From: a virus
Taxonomy: Duplodnaviria > Caudoviricetes
IMG/VR virus record: IMGVR_UViG_3300032125_000012
Location: 1 to 37,969 of that record
Length of the DNA: 37,969 bases
Strand: one strand, 5' to 3'
Shown here: one piece after another, positions 8,948-17,100 of the stretch
How positions within the stretch are numbered: position 1 is the stretch's first letter
Layout: each line of letters starts with the position of its first letter
Notes under the pieces: generated by a model
Told to the model about the DNA's origin: nothing
What the model saw: only the letters and a program-made list of their open reading frames with translations
Databases searched by the model: none
Translations under genes and position numbers: made by a program

Positions 8948-8976
8948 AGTATAGAATAAGTTTAAGGAAAAAGCAA
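8948..8976 (-). promoter_or_regulatory. SigA-type promoter for the ncRNA, overlapping the DUF3800 stop codon
   Basis: TTGCTT (8976-8971)-17 bp-TATACT (8953-8948). Confidence 0.7.
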
Positions 8977-9657
8977 GTGATTATGATTTGGAATATTTCT
9001 CATTTCCACTTTGTTATTAATGTAAGAAGTCCAGATTCTGTTAGCTAAAATATCACTAGCTTGGATTAAATAATTATGCTTAGAATCGCAAAATTTGACT
9101 GTAACTTCTACCTCTTTGCTAAAAACAGGTTCGTGAAATGTTCCATAATCGTAATTGCTTATACCCCTCTTTATCTCTTCAAATATCGAATCTCTTAAAG
9201 AATAAAATCCATCTGTGGCAGTCGCCTGTTCATCGACATAAACAAATATTTCTATATTTTCATTAGGATTTATTGTTCCTATGGCAATCATTTCGATTAG
9301 TTTAGCTTTTACCATTCTTTTAAGAACGTAGTCTTTATATCTATGTATTGATTTTTTAGAACTAAGTATATTATCGTACACTCTTGGTATATCAACAACA
9401 GCAGACAAACTTTTTTCGTTTCTTAATACGTTATACAACGATCTTTTATGTTGTTTTTCAGAACCAAAAGATTTTATTTCATCTTTTCTATTTGTTGATG
9501 TTCTTATTTTTTTTACAGCAGCTTTATATTTTCTAGAAGCTCCATCTTTATTCTCTTTATTATCGAAAACAAACCCAGCATAAACAAAATAATGGATCGG
9601 ATGGTTTTTGTGCAAAACACCAGAATCATCAAAATAGAAGTAAATTTTTTGCCCCAA
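8962..9657 (-). CDS. DUF3800-family protein (RNase H-like acidic motifs)
   Basis: N-terminal YFYFDDSG, central VYVDEQ, C-terminal DSK...LIQASD (QxxD). Confidence 0.88.
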   Translation of the reverse strand: MGQKIYFYFDDSGVLHKNHPIHYFVYAGFVFDNKENKDGASRKYKAAVKKIRTSTNRKDEIKSFGSEKQHKRSLYNVLRNEKSLSAVVDIPRVYDNILSSKKSIHRYKDYVLKRMVKAKLIEMIAIGTINPNENIEIFVYVDEQATATDGFYSLRDSIFEEIKRGISNYDYGTFHEPVFSKEVEVTVKFCDSKHNYLIQASDILANRIWTSYINNKVEMRNIPNHNHLLFP

Positions 9658-9776
9658 ATTAATCCCACCTTTATAATTTCACTTTAAGTGTATTATACAC
9701 TATTAATCAGTGAATTTTATTATATATTTTAAAGTGATTTATCGTTTTTTTATAACTAATCATACATATATATCAT

Positions 9777-9812
9777 AAAAAAATAACCCTACCTCAATTA
9801 AAAGATAGGGTT
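9777..9812 (-). terminator. Terminator after endolysin
   Basis: AACCCTATCT/AGGTAGGGTT stem plus T tract on the minus strand. Confidence 0.7.
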
Positions 9813-9821
9813 TTGCTGTGT

Positions 9822-10826
9822 CTAATATTTTATTTTCTGTCCTACATTAATTTTATTTGCATCTTTAATTCCGTTTTTATCCTGTAACTTTTTAGTAGTT
9901 GAACCTACTTTTTGAGCAATTCCGCTTAATGTATCGCCAGACTTAACAGTGTACGTTCCACCGCTGACAGCTACCGTTCCAGATAGTTTAATGACTTGTC
10001 CGATTTTAATTAGATTAGCATTAGTAATGCCGTTTAAATCTTGCAATACTTTAGTAGTCGTTCCGTTTTTAGCAGCAATAGTGCTTAAATTATCTCCACT
10101 TTTAACAGTATATGTCTTACTAGATGCTTTAGCAGCTACTACTACTTTTGCAACTGGAGCTTTTAAAACTAATTTTTGATTAGTGCTGATCACGTTCTTA
10201 TTTTTAATACCGTTCCATTTAACTAAGTTATCAACGCTCACACCACTTCTACTAGATATAGTAGATAATGTATCTCCATATTCAACTGTGTAGCTAGAAC
10301 CTATAATTTTAGTGACAGAAGGAGCTACTGCGACTGGTTCATTAGAAAGAGATACCGGAATATTTAATACTTGTTTATCAAATTTAACTAAGTTGTTAGC
10401 TTCAATGATTGAAATGATTTTTGATTGATAGTTTGGATCAGTAGCGTACCCAGCTTCATGAATAGCTTTAATTTGATCTTTATAATTAGTCAATCCTAAG
10501 GCTTTTTTGTAACGACTATTTACATTTAGGAACGCACCGTAATCTTTAATAGATGTTTCCCAACTTGGATAAGCTCTAAAGTTAGCAGTAATGTTGTACG
10601 TGATACCTCCATAAACTTCCCACGTTGCCATATTAGCAGCGTTGCCACCATATGAACCTTTGATACCAAACAAGTTACTGTATTTAGTTGTTAGGCCACT
10701 AGTACCCCATGCTGATTCTAATGCAGCTTGTGCAATGGCCACAGATGGTAATACTTTGTAGATGGACCACAATTGAGTAGCCCCTCCTTTTACTTTGTTA
10801 ATGAAGTTTTCTGTTTGTATACTCAT
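9822..10826 (-). CDS. Endolysin: GH73 glucosaminidase/muramidase plus three LysM domains
   Basis: AQAALESAWG, NLFGIKG, GYATDPNY; three YTVxxGDxLS LysM repeats. Confidence 0.95.
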   Translation of the reverse strand: MSIQTENFINKVKGGATQLWSIYKVLPSVAIAQAALESAWGTSGLTTKYSNLFGIKGSYGGNAANMATWEVYGGITYNITANFRAYPSWETSIKDYGAFLNVNSRYKKALGLTNYKDQIKAIHEAGYATDPNYQSKIISIIEANNLVKFDKQVLNIPVSLSNEPVAVAPSVTKIIGSSYTVEYGDTLSTISSRSGVSVDNLVKWNGIKNKNVISTNQKLVLKAPVAKVVVAAKASSKTYTVKSGDNLSTIAAKNGTTTKVLQDLNGITNANLIKIGQVIKLSGTVAVSGGTYTVKSGDTLSGIAQKVGSTTKKLQDKNGIKDANKINVGQKIKY

Positions 10827-10828
10827 AA

Positions 10829-11095
10829 TTAAATTCCTCCTTTAGTTTGGCTATAAGAATTAAAAGCTCCTACACTCGCCCAGCCTGTTAAAAATCCTGT
10901 TAGCAATGATTCAGCGAGCGGTAAGTTAAATACCAACGCGATAGATCCAAATAACACTACACCTACCACAAGAGCAAATACGATAACCCAAATGCCAGAT
11001 AGTTTACTATTTTGCTTTACCACTTCTGTGATTCCAGAAACAACTACGCTTCCTCCGATTGCTGACAAAATTAATGTTGTTAATATACTTTCCAT
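10829..11095 (-). CDS. Holin
   Basis: 88 aa, 2-3 hydrophobic segments, immediately upstream of endolysin. Confidence 0.8.
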   Translation of the reverse strand: MESILTTLILSAIGGSVVVSGITEVVKQNSKLSGIWVIVFALVVGVVLFGSIALVFNLPLAESLLTGFLTGWASVGAFNSYSQTKGGI

Positions 11096-11104
11096 TGATA
11101 TCTC

Positions 11105-11419
11105 CTACTTTCTTATTTCTAAAATGCTTATTCGTTTATCGTGGTCATTCAACTCTTCGTCATGTATTCCAACCTTTACGTTTAGTTGTTCCCTATCTTT
11201 AGCGCTATCAGCTAAGTTGTGATTAAGCAGCTCGATTGATCGTGTCAATGGTTCAACTGATTGTTTGAGTGATTCTGTGTTATCTCGTTGTATTTTTTCC
11301 GCCATTCTTTTATCTGGTTCAGATACTAACTTTTTGTATATCCAGATTAATGCTCCTCCTATAATGGTAAAGCTTGTAATTATTGAGGTCATTTGTGTTG
11401 CTAGTCCACTCCACTCCAT
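11105..11419 (-). CDS. Lysis-cassette membrane protein (one TM plus coiled coil)
   Basis: N-terminal TM, C-terminal DHDKRISILE, upstream of holin. Confidence 0.7.
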   Translation of the reverse strand: MEWSGLATQMTSIITSFTIIGGALIWIYKKLVSEPDKRMAEKIQRDNTESLKQSVEPLTRSIELLNHNLADSAKDREQLNVKVGIHDEELNDHDKRISILEIRK

Positions 11420-11456
11420 ACCGTTCCACCTTTCTTTAAATAAATTAATTTAATAT

Positions 11457-11485
11457 AAAAAGACCCACTCGATTGAGTAGATCTT
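11457..11485 (-). terminator. Terminator-like hairpin upstream of the lysis cassette
   Basis: AAGATCTACTC-AATC-GAGTGGGTCTT followed by TTT on the minus strand. Confidence 0.6.
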
Positions 11486-11492
11486 CGTTTTT

Positions 11493-11523
11493 ATAAATTT
11501 TCAGTTAACGAGCCTTGTGGTTC
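11493..11523. repeat. 31-bp imperfect direct repeat, copy 1
   Basis: 24/31 identical to 12832-12862. Confidence 0.75.
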
Positions 11524-11605
11524 GTTACACAACAATAGTTTTAAAATTAATGGAATCTATAACTTCTTTGTCTTATACTTAGCTCAGAAAGTGAGGTGAA
11601 AAACG

Positions 11606-12439
11606 TTGAAATATCATTTGAAATATGAAGACTTCTTAGAAATGCTTGAAAAACAAACGACACTTTTAGCTAAATTATGTCGAGAATTTGACAAAGGAAA
11701 CTATGATTATGCAGATGTAATTAGTACAAAGATCGCTGCAATAATAAACTTCCGTGGTAAAAAAGAAAGCCTTTTACCTAATATGGAGAAACAAGAAACC
11801 ATGTTGTTTTATTCTACCTCTAAGGTTCTGGATTCCTACGAGGATGTTTTGATGTACCGCAGTTTAGTGGCAACTACTATCAAAGATGGCCAAATTATTT
11901 ATCACCCAAAACTAGACCAGGGAAAATATCCTAAAACTTTGCATCCTTTTTCTGTATGGGCTAGTTCTCCCATATATATTGTTAATCTTGAAAATAACAA
12001 GCAAAATATGGATGGTCTAATCTTCATAGGAGAATTGAACGAAACTACACAATTTCTCATGTCCAGAGAAAATATTATTAATTTCTATCGAAACAAATTT
12101 AGTGGAGCTCATTTTGATACAAAATTAGATGAAAATATATATCAAGCAGCAATCGGCTTGTCTAGTATCGAACATGTCGCTAACCCTAACTTAAAGAATA
12201 TACCTGGAGAAAAATATGTTGCTGGCGAACCAATCAAGTATATGCTAGAAATGGCTGTTAGACAGATCGCACATGAGCTACTTTTGACTTTAAAGAAAGA
12301 ATTCTCTTTTAAACTAGAGTACAAACCAACTTTACTTGACTTCTCTGGTAAAAAAACAAAGAATATTCCTGATCAGTTAATAAAAATGATAAAAGAAAAA
12401 GAGACGGATGAGAATAAAATTGAAATGCTACAAGTTTAA
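11606..12439 (+). CDS. Moron protein with HEPN-like R-x6-H motif (RNKFSGAH)
   Basis: Opposite strand to the late operon; own TGGAAT-17-TATACT promoter and GAGGTG RBS; TTG start. Confidence 0.7.
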   Translation: MKYHLKYEDFLEMLEKQTTLLAKLCREFDKGNYDYADVISTKIAAIINFRGKKESLLPNMEKQETMLFYSTSKVLDSYEDVLMYRSLVATTIKDGQIIYHPKLDQGKYPKTLHPFSVWASSPIYIVNLENNKQNMDGLIFIGELNETTQFLMSRENIINFYRNKFSGAHFDTKLDENIYQAAIGLSSIEHVANPNLKNIPGEKYVAGEPIKYMLEMAVRQIAHELLLTLKKEFSFKLEYKPTLLDFSGKKTKNIPDQLIKMIKEKETDENKIEMLQV

Positions 12440-12648
12440 AAAGAGTGAGTACTCATTATATCGAATGAGTACTCTTTTTCTAACTCCATTGAAAGGTAGT
12501 AGCGTTCCGTTTCATCATTTTTTTTCCCGCCCCAATCACAAGGCTCATTTTCTCCAGATATATGTTTCGCTTTTTCTTCATCTTTAGTTAGTAGTATAAC
12601 TGCATATTCATCGAAGCTTTCATGCTCGTATACCATGTAGATATCCAA
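12436..12648 (-). CDS. Small acidic hypothetical protein
   Basis: AAGGAG RBS favours the TTG at 12648; extended -10 TGATATAAT upstream (12771-12763); overlaps the convergent gene by 4 nt. Confidence 0.6.
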   Translation of the reverse strand: MDIYMVYEHESFDEYAVILLTKDEEKAKHISGENEPCDWGGKKNDETERYYLSMELEKEYSFDIMSTHSF

Positions 12649-12791
12649 TAAAACCACTCCTTATTCTTCATAATAAAAACTATTCATAAAACATTTTTAT
12701 CTAATTTTATTTTAACTACTTGCATTGATGTCATCTCGCAGAGTTCATACTTATTATATTATATTATATCATTTATCTTATTTATGGACAT

Positions 12792-12826
12792 AAAAGAAGC
12801 AACCAGTTTATTGATTGCTTCTTTTT
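12792..12826. terminator. Bidirectional terminator after the RBP gene
   Basis: AAAAGAAGCAA...TTGCTTCTTTT inverted repeat. Confidence 0.7.
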
Positions 12827-12831
12827 GTTTC

Positions 12832-12862
12832 ATAAATTTTCACCTGCCGCGCTTTATGGTTC
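12832..12862. repeat. 31-bp imperfect direct repeat, copy 2 (contains the RBP stop codon)
   Basis: 24/31 identical to 11493-11523. Confidence 0.75.
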
Positions 12863-14455
12863 TACTTTAACGTTAAAGTGTCGAACCAATTCTCCTACCG
12901 CCCTATCAGCTATCAGAGCCATACCTTTTTCATTCGGATGTGTTCCGTCTGTTGAAGGTATATAAAACTCTCGGTTATATTTATTTATCCCCAACGTTCT
13001 GTACATATCAATGACTGGTATTTTTTCTTCATTACCCACTTTTATTAAAGCGTTAATGTAATCAAGTTTACTATAATTAGGGTTATATGTTGGTCGCCAT
13101 CCGCCTTCCGAATCTAATCCAGTTGTTATATCCCATTGATAGAAGGGTGTGATAAACATTATTTTCAGATGTGGGTAGGTTTCGTGTATTCGTTTAACAG
13201 AATATCGAGCAGCTCCATTAAATGTTGTGATGTCATATAAGTTTTCTGGGTTGTCAATCGGAGGTCTTACGCCAGTACCACCGCTCCAGTCATTCGTGCC
13301 ATACGCTATAGTTATATAATCTATTGTGTTAAAATCTATGCTTTTCAAAGTGTCTAAACGTATATGCGAGGCTTCTTCTGCTGTGTTTAGAATCGCGGCA
13401 TCTTGTAAAGTGAAATCGCCAGTTGCTATAGCATCAGCTAGTCTATACATGCTAAAATTATCATACAAAGCTGTACTTGGGTGTGTACTCATTCGACATC
13501 CACCAAAACCGACGTTGTAGACATCTAAGCTTAGTGATTGACTAATTAAGTTAGGATAATCTCTAAGTGGGTCTAAAAACAAACCTGTGATACTATCGCC
13601 GAAGCACACTAGTTTCTCTTTAATGTTATCGTTAATAAGATATGTTGGTAAGAGTAATTCATCTAATTTAGGTGTTCTATATGGTTCGTAAATACTTTTA
13701 GTTGTTCCGTACTCTAACATTATCGAACTTGTTTTAGTATTCAAGAAAGACACTCTAAAAAAATGCGCGTTTTCTACTATGTTAAAGACACCTGTTTCAA
13801 CGCTGCTAGGATTCGTTTGTCCGGATAAATAATTAAATGAAGCGTCATAAAAAAGAACCACAATAACGCCTGTACCAATTTGTTGATAAGTTAGTTTGGC
13901 TTCGTCATAAACAGGAATATAATTAGTTGTGTGTCTGTAAGATGCTAAAGGGTTCACATTACCAGTCGGCATGTCGAAAAAACCAACACCTAACTCACTT
14001 GTGCTTACTATGTTTCTTCCAACGGATATAAAAGTTGTTTTTCTTGGGCTTACTGATTTATTTTGCGGAATAGATAACAAATTAAATGACGTACCTACTC
14101 CACCCTCAATGGCAGTTAAAACATTACCAGATAAATCTTCTAATTCAGCTTTTGTACCACTGCCGACTTTTTGTGCAAACTGCGCGGTAGTTTCTTGTTT
14201 TTCTTTATCTAAATAAGTCTTTAAATCAATTTCTCCGCTACGAGCTGCGATGATTTCTGGAGCTGAAATGACATCTTTCCCTGTAGTGTTATTAATCACG
14301 TCTTTAAACTGCGTTTCAATATCTGCCTGTCTATTACCAGTTTTCCCAACACCTTCAGAAATATCTGACCGCATTTCTCCGATGTCTGGTTCTGCTAATA
14401 TGTTTGATTCTAGTTGATTAATTCTTGTACGATATTCTTCTGTTGTTTCTGCCAA
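12854..14455 (-). CDS. Tail spike/receptor-binding protein with SGNH/GDSL esterase domain
   Basis: N-terminal APEIIAARSG anchor; CFGDSIT, GTND and DGTHPN catalytic blocks; RBS spacing favours the TTG at 14455. Confidence 0.85.
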   Translation of the reverse strand: MAETTEEYRTRINQLESNILAEPDIGEMRSDISEGVGKTGNRQADIETQFKDVINNTTGKDVISAPEIIAARSGEIDLKTYLDKEKQETTAQFAQKVGSGTKAELEDLSGNVLTAIEGGVGTSFNLLSIPQNKSVSPRKTTFISVGRNIVSTSELGVGFFDMPTGNVNPLASYRHTTNYIPVYDEAKLTYQQIGTGVIVVLFYDASFNYLSGQTNPSSVETGVFNIVENAHFFRVSFLNTKTSSIMLEYGTTKSIYEPYRTPKLDELLLPTYLINDNIKEKLVCFGDSITGLFLDPLRDYPNLISQSLSLDVYNVGFGGCRMSTHPSTALYDNFSMYRLADAIATGDFTLQDAAILNTAEEASHIRLDTLKSIDFNTIDYITIAYGTNDWSGGTGVRPPIDNPENLYDITTFNGAARYSVKRIHETYPHLKIMFITPFYQWDITTGLDSEGGWRPTYNPNYSKLDYINALIKVGNEEKIPVIDMYRTLGINKYNREFYIPSTDGTHPNEKGMALIADRAVGELVRHFNVKVEP

Positions 14456-14481
14456 AGTCAATCACTCCTATTTTCTGTTTT

Positions 14482-16266
14482 TTAAATTACTACCAATGTA
14501 GCTGATACGAATATATCTCCACCCAATCGAATGTATGCAGTGTTGGTAGGTAACGTAACAAAGTTTTCAATAAACTGACCAGTTGCACCAATAGCGATTG
14601 ATCCTTTCGGTCTCCACGCATGTGATAAAAATACTTTGTTCACATCGTAGTAAGCTATCCATAGGTAAGCCGATATGACGATACCACTCGTATTATTGTA
14701 TTCTTGAGTGTATTTGTAATCATTGACACTATCAATTTGAATGAAGTCAGACGTTTTTCCGAGTTCGGTACTTGCTTTCTCGCTTCCGTCACTGTCAATA
14801 TAGACTGCTGTGATTGTAGTCATATTGAACAAATTGCTCGGTTCTGGATCAGTAGGGCTTCCAACTTCTAAAACAGATATTCTAGCTTCCATTTCAGCAA
14901 AGTCATAATTACTGATCGTTCCTACCAAACTGTCGATAGATGTTTTCAAACCACTTAATGCTAAACTTGTTCCTGTATCTGCGTCAATTTCTAAAGTAGT
15001 TGCCAGGCTGTTGTACGAAACTTGAATCGCATTATAACTTGCTGTAATTTCAGCATTTGAGTTTTTTAGCGTTGATATGGATAGGGATTGATTCGTTACT
15101 GCTGTTCTTAATTCGTTGAATTGCTTCAAACCTTTATTAGCTTCAACTTGATACTGCGTTAACGTCTTAAATTTCTCGCCTATCGTGGTTTTAATATCCA
15201 ACGGATTAACGATATTCAAATTCTTTTGAACGACTTGTAGTGGCTCGTTGATAGAAAATATAGGGTTCTCAACTTGGTACCAATCTCCGAGAACAATACT
15301 TTTTGCATCTAATCCATTTAAACTCAAGTCTAACGGCGTTAATTCAAATGCGTTCTTAGATGCTTTTTGGCTATCTAGATATTGCTGTCCTTTTGTCATC
15401 AGGATATTTGGCTGATTGATATCATCAAACGTAATAGTTTTTTCGATAATGCCAAACTCAGCAATCAATCTTTCATCATCTATATAATCTAATCCACCAT
15501 TAACTGTTTTAACGTCAACTCTAGCCTTACTTACGTCTGTTGATCCTTCTTCCGAGCTGTCAATTTGAGCACCTAAAGGAACCAATCGAGTGATGACTTC
15601 CGTTGGATCAATCTCTCGTGACATGCTTTTCAAGTTACGCCTTAATTTAATCGTCGTTGTAGAGAGTGTACCCACTTCTGCTAGATAGTCTAAATACAAG
15701 CCATCTGCTTCATGTCGAACAACTAGATAACCGCCTAAACGGTCAATTAGCTTTTCTTTGATTGTGTCATAAGTGTTTTGATAGTCTAAATATCGATAAA
15801 CATTATCTGTCGTATTCGTGACGGTAACATTCCCTAACTTGAATCGTTTATGAGGCTCAACTTGTGGATTGTGGTTGTTCAATAGTATTTGTAAAAACTC
15901 TGCTATCGATTTGTTGTGAATTTCATCGTGACGTTGGATAGAATCCAGCAAAAAAGCTAAAAACGATTCGCATTCATATTGAATCGTAAATAATCCACCA
16001 GCACTCATGTTTTGTTTTTGTTTTAATATCCTAGCCTCAAACTCATTTAAACCTGTTTTTATATTCATTACTTTTATTAAGGTAGTTAACGGCTTGATTT
16101 TCCCCCAACCAACGTTTCTAGGATTGATTGTAAAGTCCATTGAATCAATACCGCTAATGACTTGTTGAACGCTACCAGATGATACTTTTTCATTATTTAC
16201 ATAAGGAGAATGAATAACAGTACCGATAACATCATCTGGTCCATCATAAACAATTACTCGATACAT
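14482..16266 (-). CDS. Tal/baseplate hub (prophage tail endopeptidase-like) with coiled coil and C-terminal binding module
   Basis: VITRLVPLG, EFGIIEK motifs; follows Dit with a TAATG overlap at 16266. Confidence 0.85.
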   Translation of the reverse strand: MYRVIVYDGPDDVIGTVIHSPYVNNEKVSSGSVQQVISGIDSMDFTINPRNVGWGKIKPLTTLIKVMNIKTGLNEFEARILKQKQNMSAGGLFTIQYECESFLAFLLDSIQRHDEIHNKSIAEFLQILLNNHNPQVEPHKRFKLGNVTVTNTTDNVYRYLDYQNTYDTIKEKLIDRLGGYLVVRHEADGLYLDYLAEVGTLSTTTIKLRRNLKSMSREIDPTEVITRLVPLGAQIDSSEEGSTDVSKARVDVKTVNGGLDYIDDERLIAEFGIIEKTITFDDINQPNILMTKGQQYLDSQKASKNAFELTPLDLSLNGLDAKSIVLGDWYQVENPIFSINEPLQVVQKNLNIVNPLDIKTTIGEKFKTLTQYQVEANKGLKQFNELRTAVTNQSLSISTLKNSNAEITASYNAIQVSYNSLATTLEIDADTGTSLALSGLKTSIDSLVGTISNYDFAEMEARISVLEVGSPTDPEPSNLFNMTTITAVYIDSDGSEKASTELGKTSDFIQIDSVNDYKYTQEYNNTSGIVISAYLWIAYYDVNKVFLSHAWRPKGSIAIGATGQFIENFVTLPTNTAYIRLGGDIFVSATLVVI

Positions 16267-16970
16267 TAAATCACTTCCTTGTGCCATTCAAATTTGATTG
16301 TTCCGTTTCCTGTAACGCTAAATGTGTTCATACCTATTTCGAATCTAAAATCCTCAAAACGACTTGAACCTGCAGGAACATTTACTGTCATGTTTCCTTT
16401 TTTTATTACCATTATAGAACTAGAGATAATCGTTGGAGCAATACCAACGGAACCCGTATTCATAAATTCAATCGTTTTGGATCCACTCACATCAAATTCG
16501 TTTTCTTGATAGTAATCCGAAATGTCATAATCATCCCAATACGGACTACCTTCAATTGTTTTTTTTATTTTGAATGGATAAGCATCGAAAGTTAGCGTGT
16601 AAAGTGATTCAGAGTTACCCGAATCACTCCCTAATGCAACACCTGTACATCTAGCCATGTAATAATACATTGGTTCGTTATCATCATAAAGTGGCACGTA
16701 GCTTCCAGTTAGTAGCCAATTCTCCAACATTCGTTTATCGAACAACTTATGATCATTATTAAATTCATGACCTTTATAAATGTATTCTAATGGCCTGTTT
16801 CCGTATAAACGCTCACCGAATAACTCAATTGCAAAATCGTAATCGCCTTGCATACCAATAACAGAATCTTTAATCGGTATTTCATCAGGAGGCGGAGTTG
16901 AACGATCAACAAGCTTCAATAAAGGAAACTCCTCGTTCATATGCTTTCCGTTAAATCTAAATCCACTCAT
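16266..16970 (-). CDS. Distal tail protein (Dit)
   Basis: MSGFRFNGKH start, position after TMP, typical size. Confidence 0.8.
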   Translation of the reverse strand: MSGFRFNGKHMNEEFPLLKLVDRSTPPPDEIPIKDSVIGMQGDYDFAIELFGERLYGNRPLEYIYKGHEFNNDHKLFDKRMLENWLLTGSYVPLYDDNEPMYYYMARCTGVALGSDSGNSESLYTLTFDAYPFKIKKTIEGSPYWDDYDISDYYQENEFDVSGSKTIEFMNTGSVGIAPTIISSSIMVIKKGNMTVNVPAGSSRFEDFRFEIGMNTFSVTGNGTIKFEWHKEVI

Positions 16971-17100
16971 TATCCATGCCTCCCACTTCTATTTGCTTCA
17001 TTTCCAAGATATGAATTCATTTTAGGACCAATTGATCCAATAAATTCATCTCCAAAATAAACATTTCCATCTTTTGCCACTAACTGCTGCAATAGTGTAA

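Noticed and set aside
8016-8960. tRNA gene or tRNA-derived att core
   Set aside because: No cloverleaf or T-loop consensus found; the core matches a protein-coding lepA end instead
12854-16266. Diversity-generating retroelement or invertase shufflon acting on tail genes
   Set aside because: No reverse transcriptase or invertase gene, no TR/VR pair and no inverted cassettes seen
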